Source of the DNA: Oculina patagonica
Taxonomy: Eukaryota
Direction of reading: 5' to 3'
DNA length: 64,000 nt
NCBI RefSeq assembly: GCF_052425735.1
Contig: NC_135759.1
Span: forward strand, 34,224,001 to 34,288,000
A program made the position numbers and the translations under genes. The notes beneath the pieces were generated by a model that saw nothing but the letters and a program-made list of their open reading frames with translations, was not told where the DNA came from and searched no databases. Positions 25,133 to 37,708 of this stretch are shown here, piece by piece. Each line of letters starts with the position of its first letter. Positions within the stretch are counted from its first letter, which is position 1.

Positions 25133-25481
25133 TAGTTAAAAATATTTAAACTTACACTTCGAGTTCATTTCAGTTTGTTAAGAGAGTGTTTTTATGCAGA
25201 AGCTTCTGAACGTACCATATTTAAAACAAAAACCTATTTTTTTTACTTTAAAATGTAACTAAAACTCGTTCAAGAGCCACGAAGTTCCGTTCAATTTTAC
25301 GTACCTACTTTCTACGAAATTATCAATGGTTTATTTTTTAAAGGGCAGAAACCTTTTCTCGATTTACCTAAATGTCTCCTCAGCTCGTCTGTGAGACACA
25401 GAGGGCTGCAACTGTATTGACATACAGTGTACTGTATAATGGGACAACCTTACAGAATGGGGTACTGAAATGGACTACTGA

Positions 25482-25767
25482 AGCTTGGGTCAAACGAGGA
25501 TGAGAGTTGATGAGAGTTGATGAGAGTTGACTCCCATGGGAGTTTTTTTTTCTTATGTTGATTTCTCATTGATCGACAGTCGATCGACTGTCATCAACTC
25601 GGGCCAAACGATAACGAGAGTCAGTCAAACCCTTACGACTCTCGTGAAAAATTTAAGCACGTTCAAAGTCGATGAGGATGCATGAGAGTCGATGAGAGTG
25701 CACGAGAGTTCATGTCAACGAAAGGAGGGTGAACTCTCATCACTTTCATCCTCGTTTGGGCCGAGCT
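25482..25767. mobile_element. PIF/Harbinger-like MITE with GATGAGAGTT subterminal repeats
   Basis: TIRs AGCTTGGGTCAAACGAGGATGAGAG / CTTTCATCCTCGTTTGGGCCGAGCT. Confidence 0.7.
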
Positions 25768-28310
25768 TATTAAACAGCAGTATTTGCAGCGGCTTTATGC
25801 TTCGGAAACCGCCGCAGAGAGCACAGTTGGAGAAGTGCCGCCAGTTGCAGGCCACAAGGGGGTGCCGAAGTGCCCAAGCGCTGCCCAGAAAAAAGGAGGG
25901 AACACAAAAGGAGACGAGAGCCACACGGGGCGAATGATGACGTCATGGCGAGGAGGAGGGGGAGGCGCCGCGCGGCCGCCCGAACCGGACGCGAGGCCTG
26001 AACACACCGGAACCGGAGACGGCGGGCCAAAGCAACAAGGCCGAGAGGAAAAAGGCCGAAGGGGAGGCCGAAACGAAAAGGCCAAAAAGGCCGAGCAACT
26101 TGTGGAAAGCCCTAGCCGCAGTTGAACAGTAAACTGGTGAGCGACCTCATTCAGAAAATTAACTTATTCTCGCATAAAAACGCATTGTACCAACCATTAA
26201 ATTAATATTATATGAGGCCCATAATCGCGGGATTTCGGGCAAAATTCAGAAAGGCCCTGGTGGCCTGCATGGAAAAGTCCAGGAAAAAAGAGGCGAAAAA
26301 AGTATGGCCAAATTTGTTTGTCACAAGGTCGATCCCAGCTGCAAAAATTTGCGGTAAAGCCACTGTTTGGGTCGTGTTTAAACAGACCGGTGGCGAGAAA
26401 ATGGTTGAGAAGGTATAATAAGGGAAGTATTGTGTCACAACTACCAAAGTTAGGATGTGGTCATATTTTTTTAATAATTCGGGACTGAGAAAAGCTGGTA
26501 AAATGGGGATAATGGTATTGGTGAAACAAAAATATAATGCTTTAAATTAAACCAGCTCGCAATTGTAACTGAAAGGAGTGAGTTTGGGTGTAGATATTTT
26601 ATGAACGAATTGAAGGGTCTTGTACTTATCAAGGCCATGGCTGCAAATAGGGATTTATACAAAAACAGCTCAGTGGCTAATCCAATATATACCTGACCTC
26701 ACACATTCCCACCCTAGAAGGGTCCACCTGTTAGGGGTGGAGTAGGGAAGGCATTGTTCAGATACTGGACTTGTCACTGCTATGATCAGATTATAAATTC
26801 TGTAAGACAGAGTAAGAATTATTGAAAGGCCTTGTATCAAGCCCATTGCAGAAACACAATGCAGAGTCTGTGAAAAGCAATAAAAGCTTCTTCATCTGCA
26901 ATGGCGCATTTCATTGTTTTTAGTTATTCCGGCGACGTTAAATAATATTCTTAATTTCCTTTAGCTTTTTTTGTCAGTCTGTGTTAGCTGGGTGCCGGGC
27001 ATTTGACCGATAAAACAAGCTTTGACTCCAAGGCAATCATTTTTTTAAGTCTAAGGTACTTATCTCCATACTGATCACTGTAACATGCGTTCACAGATGT
27101 GTGTGTTATCTCGATCAACATTCAGTGGACGCACCCGTTGTGTTGCAACTTGTTTGAATAAGAATATTTGCGGAACAATGGTGTATATGACCTACAACTA
27201 AGTTGGGCTCTTCGGATTGCCCTCCTCCCAATCTTCTGAGAAAATGACCGTAATCAGTTACGCTTTAGTTTATTATTATTAGTAGATCGTTTAGGGTAAC
27301 TTAACGAACTAAAAAAACAGATATGTGAAAAAATATTCACGTTTAATAGTTACACCATATGGTTACACTAGGTCTTGGTAGCTACTGAACTAAAAATAAC
27401 CTCTAAAATTTTTATTTTGACTTTGTCAGAGTAAATCCAGTTTACACTGAGAAATGAAAGACACTAACAAACTATAAAACGCCAGCGGTAAACATCCATA
27501 TCTATGCACAACAAACAAATCTCTTTTTTTACTCGGTAGCCAACTGGTAGCCTCAGTTTGCTTGCATTTCTTTTCTGTTTTTTTTTTTTTTATCGTTCAG
27601 TTAAGACCGCACTGCAGTCATTTTTTTACCTTATTTTCTTTGGAGCGAGAAAACGTAGAGACGAAAAACCGTGAAAGGCCTGAAAGCGCAAGCAGCGAGA
27701 ATTTCTCCCCTTTCATTTGCTTAATTGCTAAATTTCCGCCCGCAAGTAGGACCTAGGAAAAAGAAGGCGACTTCTCGGAATTCATTTAAGAGTGCTAGCC
27801 TGCGTGGCCGGCGTTCGAAGGGGAGGGAGAAGGGAGATTCGATAGTTTTAGCAGTTACCGTAAAACTCAGATATCAAATCCCCCGAAATAAACTCCCCTT
27901 TCTGAAAAAAAAAGTCCACAAAAACCCTCAAAAAGAAATATATGCACCCATGTGCATGTATTTGAATTAAGCTGTCTTTAAAAATGATGCAGACGGAAAC
28001 TTTTTGATTACCCACCCCTCCTCTTGAGCATATTTTGTATTATAATACAAAATGTTCAGATATTGTGATGTTCATTGTACGGTTTTAGAGCTTGTTATAT
28101 ACTTCCTATCACCATATTTATAGTTTAACCATGCACTATCCTAACATACAAGTTCAAAGTCCCTTCAAAAACATAGGCCCAATCATTTTGTAAATAGAAA
28201 ATTCCTTGTTATATGAAGCCTCCTTTCCAGTACTGACTGAACCCTCCATAAACGCATTTGAACAAAAGTAAATTAAAGATTAATTTAGTAGAAACCATAA
28301 GGGTTGGTTG

Positions 28311-28364
<54 letters not shown>

Positions 28365-28429
28365 CTTTAGTACAAAGTTCTTATTTTCGTAAGAGACTGT
28401 TGTGCTGCGCCGGCGGGCAAGCGTAACAA

Positions 28430-28650
28430 TTAGTTGATTATCGACTGGAAGTTGATAAAGGTAAGTAAACCACCGTAACGGATTTTTAAAAGCTGATGCC
28501 GGTTTCGAGCGTTGGCCTTTCGTCGGAGCAAAGTCAAAGTCTTTGCTCCAGGTGACTCCAGCAAAGGGCTTTCTCTCGAAACATCAGCTTTTCAAAGTTC
28601 GCTACGGCGGCTTAATTACCGTTATCAACTTCCAGTTGATTATCAACTAA
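28430..28650. mobile_element. Inverted pair of Penelope-like terminal repeats with degenerate hammerhead motifs
   Basis: Arms TTAGTTGATTATCGACTGGAAGTTGATAA / TTATCAACTTCCAGTTGATTATCAACTAA. Minus-strand CCGACGA-AAGGCCAACGCTC-GAAAC at 28502-28528 and a more decayed plus-strand copy at 28556-28588. Confidence 0.6.
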
Positions 28651-28740
28651 GTGTACCTTGGCTACAGTTAGTTTTTTCTCACATGCGGCGGAATACTTCG
28701 GGATCGGTCGGAGGCGATAACCGCCCAAGAAAAGCCTTAA

Positions 28741-29177
28741 AGCCTGGTTTCCACTGGCGACGCAAACACAAGCGCAAGCATAACAGCTCTTATTTCACCG
28801 TAGAAAGGGCCTCGACGCAAGCATGAGCACAAGCCCAAGCACAAGTATAAGGATCAATTTTTTTTCCTTTTCTTGTGTTTGCGTTCGCGTTATGCCGTGT
28901 AAAAACGAAAAAAAGCATAAGCACAAGGCGGCCCAGGCTCTCTCGGTAATTATTTGTTAATTATTTACGACGTATGTCCGTGTCTGCCCAATTAAAGCAC
29001 TCGAAAAATATGTTCCTAGATTCCCCGCGTCTGAGATCATTTGAGCCATGTAACTCGCAGTAAACTTAATATATTTATCGTGTTTATGTTGACGTTCGTT
29101 TTCAGCTAGGCACAAACTACTTATGTTTGCGCTTGTGCTTGCGCCCTGTGCTTGCATCGCTGGTAAAAAAACAGTTT
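28741..29177. mobile_element. Harbinger-like MITE with GCAAGCATAA/GCACAA repeats
   Basis: Left end TAA|AGCCTGGTTTCCACTGGCGACGCAA; decayed right end TTGCATCGCTGGTAAAA. Confidence 0.55.
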
Positions 29178-29329
29178 TTACCGACAAAGACCGTTGCAAA
29201 GGCTTATTATCACAATTTTACCGAGAGAGCCTGGGCCGCCTTTAAAATGTCAAATAGCCTGCCAGCAGGCTCACGTTTGGGATCACACGCGCGTGCGGCG
29301 AAGAAGCAAGAACGAGCCAGGGAGTGTCT

Positions 29330-31807
29330 TTAAAAACTCTCCACATTAGCAGAATAGTCTTTGAGTGCCTTGATCATATCTCTCCTGCTCAGAGGCATGA
29401 TGGCCCCATACGATATGTCGGTGGGCCAGGCAAACAGCGAACGTAAGGTCCTAAAATCACCAGATTTGGGATCCACAAAGTAAAAGTCTGCTTTTCGCTG
29501 TCCATCTGCACACGTGCTAAAGTCAAGAACAGCAATTGCTCCATTTATACACGTCACGTAAGGCCGCGTGATCTTCGCTTCTTCGTACATGCCAGGATCG
29601 TGTTGCCCCGCGCGCCTACTCACATCTGAAGTCTCCACGCCACGAGGCTTTCCTTCCTCCCTGCTTCCGCCGGATGTGAGATATATAAAAGATCCTTGGT
29701 CTGGGTGTCCTTTGAGGGTGTACAGCTTACTAACCTGGATTTCAATCACCTGCCAATCATCTGTCAACGGATCGTAGACTTCACAGTCAGTTGGAGTGAC
29801 GTCTTCACCTCTCTCTCCACCAATCACAAAGATCTTCTCATCGTGGACAAACGCAAACGAACTGGAACGAGGCTGGTGCATGGACTTCACATATGACCAG
29901 CGGTCTGTTTGTGGATCGTACCTTTCCACACTCTTCAAGCATTCCCTGTGAGCCGAGCCATCGGTGCCTCCAAACACAAAGATACACTTATCCTTGTAGT
30001 TTACCGCTGTGAGCTCGTACCGAGGCTCGCACATATCAGCGACTGACGCCCATGACTGCTTCTCGACATCATAACGTTGAACTGTTTTCACCTCAGCTAC
30101 CTCTTGCATAGACATTCCACCAATCAAATAGATATACCGGCCCATGGTCACAGCGGCGCAATCAAAGGTCATGGGTACAGAAGGCTCTATGTCACTGGTA
30201 GGTGCCACACCCGGGTTTGGGAAGAAATGCCGCGCAGTCAGAGGGTTTCTGTGGAAAGCAAGCTTGGGATTGTTCCAGGGCACTTGAACATACAGTCCAG
30301 AGTTGGTGTAAATCAGTGGAGTCCCATAAGCCAACATCGATTTATTATGAGGAATGCGAGCAATGAGAGACCAGGGCCCAGCAAAGGGAAGCCAGAAGCA
30401 AAGATTGTAGGAATGCGTGTAATGCAGTCTGTGAGTTAATCCAAATAGAACAATGTTGTGGAAATACGCTGACTTGTAAACATCTTCCTCTGAAACGTCT
30501 TCTTTCAGCTTGTAGCCAGAGAAAGAGAGCAACTCGTTGACATTCTCATCTGCTGTAAGTTTCTTTAGGTACAGATCTGGAATGCTTCCCATGTGGATAA
30601 GGTTAAGAAGCCTCTTAAAGGACTCTTTTCTATCCTGCGGAGAATGTTTGTACCAGCGAATTAAGGATTCGAGCATTTGTGCTTCGCTGGCCACAATATC
30701 ATCATTTGATAAAAACCATCTCACATCTTGATCTGTGATCTCAAGGAACTCGTTTGTGAGTGCTATACTCCAGAAATGGTTACACACCAAGTTCACCATC
30801 TCTTGGTAAATCTCGTGTAGACAATCAAAATTTCTCACAAGAGAATATATGTGCCAAAAGTTGGACAAGACTGACGAATCTCTAATAAACTCAATTATCC
30901 TTCTTTTCAAGTGTTCTATCAACAGATAATCACTAGCTTGTAGTAAGCTCCTTACATTGTCAAAAGTGATGGAAATCTCTCCACTGTAAATAAAATTTAG
31001 CAACTCTTCAATAATTGCCTCGTCTATAACAGCAAAGTCAACGTTACTTTCATAAACCTCTTTCATTTCAGACCGAACAAGTCCTTTAAAATAACAGCTT
31101 ACAGCCGCCAGAATATTCTTGTGCACCGGAATCACCATGCCACTCCCTGTTGTTAGAGTGAGGTCACAGAACAGGCCCTCACCCTGGAATGTCAACAGTT
31201 TAGACAAAAGGGCTCCTTGACTGTGTGAATTAAATGTTTTTACTTTAGAAGGTACTTCGTCGCTGGCTGTATTGTTTGATGCCAAGGCCATATGTTTTCC
31301 TAATGGGTCCATTAAATCTTGTATACCCAAAATCTCTGCGGCATGAAGCACTGATGCTGCAGTTTGTTGATCCAGTTTATACTTTCCAGTGTACAGGAAG
31401 TTCAGTACACTCTCCATAGTACCTGGCTCAACTTTGGCCAGTTCATGGCAGATTGCTTGAGAGGAATCATTTGTAGATAAAAGGTCCTTAAAAAAACCAC
31501 AACTGGCAGCCAGCACATTTTTGTGAACTGGAAAATCCTTGCGATCCACTTTAATGGTAAAATCAGTAAAAAGACTTTCCTGTCTAAAACTGTTTAGTGT
31601 TTCAAGCAAGAAAAGTTGGTATGAAGCCTTTTCAGAATCTACAACACCCTCGTTGTTTTCCTCTGTCTTTCTTGATTCTGATTCTCTTATATCATACTCG
31701 TCTTCACTAACCACAGATATTTCCACATTGCACGGTTCTATTGCTTCTAAAGGAATAGCCTGTTCTTCAGCAGATGTACACCTGCATTTCGACAGTAAGC
31801 CACCCAT
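29330..31807 (-). CDS. Kelch-like protein, paralog D: acylation motif, BTB, BTB, BACK, Kelch (825 aa)
   Basis: Intronless ORF; first ATG at 31807 (MGGLLSKCRC). Two BTB signatures (FTDFTIKV..VHKNVLAASC; FCDLTL..VHKNILAAVSCYF), BACK (FLEI..LSNDDI..E..MLESLIRW) and GG Kelch repeats. 5'UTR acceptor at 32012-32013; candidate donor at 34421. Confidence 0.93.
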   Translation of the reverse strand: MGGLLSKCRCTSAEEQAIPLEAIEPCNVEISVVSEDEYDIRESESRKTEENNEGVVDSEKASYQLFLLETLNSFRQESLFTDFTIKVDRKDFPVHKNVLAASCGFFKDLLSTNDSSQAICHELAKVEPGTMESVLNFLYTGKYKLDQQTAASVLHAAEILGIQDLMDPLGKHMALASNNTASDEVPSKVKTFNSHSQGALLSKLLTFQGEGLFCDLTLTTGSGMVIPVHKNILAAVSCYFKGLVRSEMKEVYESNVDFAVIDEAIIEELLNFIYSGEISITFDNVRSLLQASDYLLIEHLKRRIIEFIRDSSVLSNFWHIYSLVRNFDCLHEIYQEMVNLVCNHFWSIALTNEFLEITDQDVRWFLSNDDIVASEAQMLESLIRWYKHSPQDRKESFKRLLNLIHMGSIPDLYLKKLTADENVNELLSFSGYKLKEDVSEEDVYKSAYFHNIVLFGLTHRLHYTHSYNLCFWLPFAGPWSLIARIPHNKSMLAYGTPLIYTNSGLYVQVPWNNPKLAFHRNPLTARHFFPNPGVAPTSDIEPSVPMTFDCAAVTMGRYIYLIGGMSMQEVAEVKTVQRYDVEKQSWASVADMCEPRYELTAVNYKDKCIFVFGGTDGSAHRECLKSVERYDPQTDRWSYVKSMHQPRSSSFAFVHDEKIFVIGGERGEDVTPTDCEVYDPLTDDWQVIEIQVSKLYTLKGHPDQGSFIYLTSGGSREEGKPRGVETSDVSRRAGQHDPGMYEEAKITRPYVTCINGAIAVLDFSTCADGQRKADFYFVDPKSGDFRTLRSLFAWPTDISYGAIMPLSRRDMIKALKDYSANVESF

Positions 31808-32644
31808 CTCAATCAACACCAATATACTAAGGACTTATACAACAACTGGCTTACTTGTCGCACAATACTTGTCATGTCATGTCATGTCACACCACATCGT
31901 CTCTGCTTCTCAGTACTGGGCTTTTTGCTGATAGCTAGTAGTGTGTCCACATTTATGATGCTTTTTACTTTATAGAATTTAAGCAAACAGATCCCATGTC
32001 AATGTCTCAATCTGAAAAGAATAAAGGGAACCATCTAAACCATAATTTAGAACAGTTCTTGCACAACTACTGTAAAAGCCAATCATAAACAAAACAAAAC
32101 AAACGTATTTTGTGATCCAAACAAAAGTTCAAGTATTTTCAAGTTTTGCCATAATATTTACAAGTTACCAGAGAGCCGTGTATGGGGGGATGTTTCCAAA
32201 ACCAAAATTATGCATGCACTTGCTTGCCAAATTTTGCAGAGCTCACATGCCTAAAAAAATTGTGCATGGCTTTTAAAGGTTAGAAAAAAGAGAGTACAGA
32301 AACATTTTACATCACTCTAGTTATTTATGATGCATGGTCTGCTCCTTACACCATGGTTGCAACACTACCGGCCTTTCACAATGCTGTGCGCAGCTAGATA
32401 GCCTCTTTCAATCAATTTAATATTTATTTATTTCATTTTTCTTTCTATATATATTTATGATTTATTTTCTCAGCATATAAGCATATGTTTTGCTAGGGGC
32501 TAGTCAGCCCCCGTCAGCTCTGAGGGTAAATAAATTTTTATTGAATTGAATTGAAAGCTTGAATAGGACATGGCAAACCAATCAGCAATGAACCATTTAC
32601 CAACATGATGGTTTTCATTGTTTAGTGCAGACCTTTAATGCATC

Positions 32645-33645
32645 GTAGTAAATGGTTTAAACCCTGGAGTATCAGTAGTTTGTAGGGGTGGTAAATTTGA
32701 GACTTTGTGCGATGACAAGACTAGTGTTTTTCCGAGACTTTTTATATTATTATATATTATTATATTAGATATTTCCAAGACTTTTTGAGATTTTAAATTG
32801 CGGGAGTGGATTGAAAACCCAAAACGGCTTTGCAAAAAAAAAAAAAACATCAAGACGGCAAGACAAAAACAAGACTGTGAGAACTGTGAAATTTGAGTTA
32901 AATTTTGCGAGACCCTTATTTTTTAGAGACCATACACCAGCCTTATAGTGTGATCGTCCATTCTAAAGAGAACTGTTGTTGGACACTGACACTTCAACAA
33001 CCTTAGCAGAAGTCATTTTCAGAGTCAAAAGTTGTTTGTCAGTCAGTGATGTTATAAATCTGGTCTGTCAAAACCAATTGGTTAGTTTTGCCATGGTGTC
33101 GGGGGGGGGGGTGGGGGGACTATTAGATTCTTTATAATGTCATAATTTCATAATGCAAGCGTCTTTGCATTGTGGTTCCCTCCTCTTTGTCCCATTTCTT
33201 TTGCAAAATGAAATGTTGCAAAAAAAATTTCAATTTCTCCCATTTCCTGCTACCTTGGGAATCCTTCTTCCTGTCCTCCCTTCTCCTGCCCCTTTTCTCC
33301 CAGGTCCCCGCCTTCCTGTCCCCCTCTACCATGGTGTTATTGACTGTTACACTTGAGTAAAGCTCGTCAATAATGATTTGTCAGTTATATTAGGTTTTGA
33401 TCTGTCTATTGGGAGTCAAATTAAGTCATTCTTTTTTAGATCTGTTCATCGGTTTTGTTTACGTCGTGAATAAGTCATTTGTAAGATGGCATAGTAGTTG
33501 TTGACATCTGTTGAGAGGCATTTGTTCTCAGTTTGTGTACCAGCTTTCTAGAGTCAGTCATTGAAAGGTATTTGTACTGTATACAGGTTAAGTATTCAGC
33601 AGAGGCCCAGTCAAATCTGTAGTCAGTAAATGGATGATGGTGAAT
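32645..33645 (-). mobile_element. Decayed Penelope-like retroelement 3' end (GIY-YIG C-terminal fossil plus terminal repeat with dead hammerhead), interrupted by MITEs
   Basis: Minus-strand translation HH..TDYRFDWASAEYLT/YSTNTFQ*LTLESWYTN*EQMPLNRCQQL resembles the tail of Penelope endonucleases. Terminal motif CTGAAAATGACTTCTGCTAAGGTTG...CTGATACTCCAGGGTTTAAACCATTTAC. Confidence 0.7.
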
Positions 33646-33985
33646 TTCAACCTGGGCTGAAATCACTTCACCATGTAATTAGCCCCTTGTTTTAGCCAAG
33701 AAAATTGAACCAAAAGGTAATGCAAATAAGGAAAAATTAGCTATCCAGTTCACATTTCTTCTGTTTTACCTTCATAAATATTAACTTAATAAGTTCTCTT
33801 TTTTAAAAAATGAAAGTTCTTTTACCCCTTGACAAATGTTATCATGCTTAAATTTTATTACACTATTGTACCTCTACACGTTCATTGTACATATCAGCAT
33901 GTAATCCTACGTTGATCACAAACGCGAGAATAATACAAGCGCCTTAGTACTACCAATTTATATAATTAACGGATGGGCTAAACTG

Positions 33986-34100
33986 TAGAATACCGGGCCA
34001 CTAATTTGCATCTCATTGAATTTGAATGGTTTCTTTTGTTTCTACTATGCTTCGTTCTTAAAGCGTTCAGAGATATGTAAATAAGTGGCCCGGTATTGTA
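33986..34100. mobile_element. Small MITE
   Basis: TIR TAGAATACCGGGCCAC / GTGGCCCGGTATTGTA. Confidence 0.6.
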
Positions 34101-34421
34101 AAATCGCTCCAACGGTTGTAGACTTTTTAACGAATGATCATGTACCCACTAGTCTGAGTAATTTCAGTTATAAGTTAAAGCTTATGTAAGCTTAACTTTA
34201 TTAAATACTCTGTACTATTTTTTACTCCCTTCCTTCCGTATTGATCCACTTAAAAATTCAAAGCGACATAAAGATTACTTAACTGTATCTTGTACAGTAG
34301 ACTAAATAATCGCTCTAACTCTTACATGTAATATAAGATCATGTAAGCTATACGAAATTTCAGTTAGTGTTGTGAATCGAATCATATATAAAATTGTTCG
34401 TAACTCTTTATGTTATCATAC

Positions 34422-34809
34422 CTTGTTTGTAGTTTTCTATCCATTAGATAACAGTGCTAGAAAGCATCACTTCACTTCATATAATAAAGTATCGACTATT
34501 TATAAAAATCAACGCTGGGCTATCTTATAACGGGAAAATTTCTGTCAAAACGAGTTTAATTTTAGAATTTCCGTTTTTACGGCATGCCATATTGAAATCA
34601 CTCGGTTAAAAGACTGGAACGAGAAAAAGGAGGAACCGAGCCCACGCTATCGCCCACGCTTGACTTCGGGCCGACTTCGGATCCTTCGGGTATGGACCGG
34701 AAGTTCTCGGCTTGTCAACTCTGCAGCCGCAGCAGCAAAAGATGGCGGATCGAAGTGGCTCATACTGCCAAAACGGAACTTTCCAAGCGGTCAGTCCAAG
34801 CCAGAAAAG
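34422..34809. promoter_or_regulatory. Divergent promoter and first exons of Kelch paralogs D (-) and A (+)
   Basis: CpG-rich patch with GCCCACGCT x2, CTTCGG x3, ETS site CCGGAAGT (34697) and YY1-like AAGATGGCGG. Plus-strand donor AAG|GTAAAA at 34809/34810; minus-strand donor AAG|GTATGA at 34422/34421. Confidence 0.65.
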
Positions 34810-36391
34810 GTAAAACTAGGTTAAGCAAGAGTAATTGATCATGAAAAGCTTATATTTGGTACGTTTTTAGCATGATACTCTTGCAATATTTTCTGAAAGT
34901 ACAGAGGACACCTTGTGGTTCAAAACAGACCAAAACGCACATACGACCACATACACCCTGCGAGCAGAGCCCTTTCATTTCCGCTGATATACTTGACATA
35001 ACCACAGGGAAGTTAAAAGAGGCTCTGCTCGCAGGGCGGACCACATACGCTTATTATATCAACGGAGTAGGGTGACAAGAAAGATTGTACAATCTGACGA
35101 TTTAACCCAGGGAAGTGGACGACTCAAGGTTCCCTGAGAACAGAAAATCCCCATTATTTCCCATCATATTCCTGAGATATTTTTCGTTTATCCTCATCCT
35201 CTTTCCATTAATTTTAAACCAAGTCTGGCCCGTTTATTTTTTACCTGTATAATTTCCAGGGGTTACCCATCGATTCACCAACATGTAGTTTTGCCAACGG
35301 CCACTCACTGACATCTCTTATTGATGAAGTTTAATATATTAACTGCAGTATATTGCAATAAAGTATACAAGATTCTACACTTGGAATTGAGAACAGTGAA
35401 TATTTCTTGTTCTTTAAGTGTGAGCAAAGTAAGCCAATAGCCCATAAGCAAAAATTATGACTTTAAACTATTTCCAGGAAAACAGTTTTGTATGCCTGCA
35501 CGCTTTTAGGCACGAGTCTTACGCCTGTGGGATCAAAACTTTGATCTCACGCCTATGGACCAATTTCTCACGCCTAGCTAAAAATTGAAGCTTACTCAGC
35601 CTGAACTGTCAGTCTACCAAAAAATATGAAACGTCCATGCAATCGACAATACTTTTCCAAAAATCTCTGAATTTAAAAGGAAAAAGTTCTGGTGACAAGG
35701 TTGTCTTTTGTTAAACACATTATAATAATAAATAATAATAATAAGAACTTTATTTAAGTGTCTGGTCTTCTAGCTAGCCTTAAGCTTACTAATCGGGGAC
35801 ACTGTTTAAATTAAAATATAATATAAGTACAAAAACGATTCTGGTCATTCCGTGGTTGGGGTTTGGAAATCTTTGGTACATCATCAAAAATCCCTGAGGG
35901 GACTCCCCTAGGAAATGACAGGGGTGCTTGTCGTACCTTTTAGGGGGTAAAATTTTTGGATTGGAACACCTTAGGGTGCTAAAACCATAAATGACAGCTG
36001 CTAGAGTTGTCGTGGTACCTTTTTAGGGGCCTTTAAGATTATCGATCTAAAAAATGATGGAAAAGGTAACACATTTGTTATGCACATAACTTTTATTTCT
36101 GAATTAATTACTGGAAAACATCCATCCAGTCATCAAAATGACAAAATACCAGTTCCAGTTATTTTTTTATTTTAGCATTGGTACCCCTTAGGGGTAAAAA
36201 TAAATTTGGCCATGCCTGCTAAATAATATTTTTGAGATTACTGTCAAACACCACTGTCATTTTTATAGGGGAGACCCCCCCCCCCCCCCCACCCCAGCCC
36301 AGGGCAGAAATCTTTGGACTTCTTTAGATATGGTCAAAAGGTCTGTGAATATCCTGGCACTCCCGGGACAAAAACCTCAGGCCTTTGAATC

Positions 36392-36412
36392 TAGACCATA
36401 TTCGTATTCTCG

Positions 36413-36445
<33 letters not shown>

Positions 36446-36508
36446 CATGTGGGGAATATGTTTAAAAACAGCTTCATGTCATTAGCATTTGAAAAGATTA
36501 CCCGCATT

Positions 36509-36541
<33 letters not shown>

Positions 36542-36562
36542 CGAGAATACGAATAAGGTCTA
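36392..36562. mobile_element. Near-perfect palindromic MITE
   Basis: ~60-bp arms TAGACCATATTCGTATTCTCGGTATTGGACTGGAACTAGCTTGCAATGGAGGCT and its reverse complement. Confidence 0.85.
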
Positions 36563-36864
36563 TTGGAAAAGTTGGCAGGTGTACCCTGGTAGTTTTATTG
36601 AATCCCACTGTGTTCCCTGTTTTCCTGAAAGTTTTAATCTCAGTGAGAGTGGCAGTGCATAACATCTGGAAAAGAATATATTATCCTACTACAAAGAGTA
36701 CAACTATCAGTTTTAAGCCTGAGGGAAGAAGGGGGATGTATATTTGAGGCATTATAAAAAAATCCTCACCCTAGACAAAAATGGGTCAAATAAGATCAAC
36801 TAAGTCATTAAATTATGACCAATTCTTGTGATTTCCTTGAATACCTTGTGTATATTTCTGAAGC

Positions 36865-37055
36865 AAATTCCTGGACTGGCATCATATGTGGGTTCAGGTT
36901 GAGTTTGTTGTTGGTTCTCGTCCTTGCTCCAAGGGTTTCCTCTGGGTCTGTGTTTTTTCTCCTTCCACAAAAACCAACACTTCTAACTTTCAATTTGTTT
37001 AGGGAATAGTGGATGAGGAGCCATTCTGTTGGGAAGCCACTGCAAAATTCCCATT
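36865..37055 (+). mobile_element. V-domain-like SINE fragment
   Basis: ATGTGGGTT..GAGTTTGTTGTTGGTTCTCGTCCTTGCTCC..GGGTTTCCTCTGGG..TTTTCTCCTTCCACAAAAACCAAC; family recalled from memory. Confidence 0.55.
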
Positions 37056-37464
37056 GTTAGTACTCTCAGAGTGCCTCTCTCCACCTTGGTGTATAAATGG
37101 GTACTGATGAATTTAATAAGCGCCCACCTGATGGGCCTCTAGGCCCAAACACATACTGGGTTTTTTTCAGTTTAGTCATTTGACTTAACTGACCGAGAAC
37201 ATTTGTAGCAAGTAGTCAGTATGAACTCCATTAAACTATACTTTGTTTTTATTCTTGAATTATTTTATTTATGAGCTTCACACTGAAGCCTTATGTGCCT
37301 CTTAGGCGCGAAGAGGATTATGTGTGTGTGTCACACTGAAATGACTTTTGGTTAAAATGTGTGTGGGCATGGTTCTCATGAGGTACATGAAGTGTCAATA
37401 TTTGATTTTGTTGCATGTACAATACATTGCGACATTGGAGCAGTCATCCATGCATCCATGCATC

Positions 37465-37708
37465 CAGCGTGGCCAAGTGGTTAGAGCGCTGGACTTGAAA
37501 TCCTGAGGTTGCGAGTTCAAGTCCTGTTCTGACCACTAGCTGAATTTGTCCTCGGTCACCCACCGGAGTTCAACTTCTCGGCTACGCTTGTAAATAGTCA
37601 ACTGGTCTGCCTCCTGCCAGTTGGGATTTTAACAATGTTATGTTTATTTATAATATTTGTTTCACATTGGCCCTGCAAAGCCCCATTCGGGGAGTGGTCA
37701 ATTAAGTA
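37465..37708 (+). mobile_element. tRNA-derived SINE
   Basis: A box TGGCCAAGTGG and B box GAGTTCAAGTCC, followed by a ~170-bp non-tRNA body. Confidence 0.75.

Noticed and set aside
25499-25745. CRISPR-like or iteron repeats (GATGAGAGTT)
   Set aside because: No unique spacers; these are subterminal repeats inside a TIR element in eukaryotic DNA.
25692-26125. Five overlapping ORFs as protein genes
   Set aside because: Expected from stop-codon scarcity in GC-rich DNA; low-complexity translations and no splice support.
31808-31822. ORF-track N-terminal extension of Kelch D (MVLIE)
   Set aside because: It begins at a TTG; ATG 31807 aligns with the MG start of all paralogs.
37465-37545. tRNA gene
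   Set aside because: A and B boxes are present, but there is no proper acceptor stem or terminator and it continues into a SINE body.
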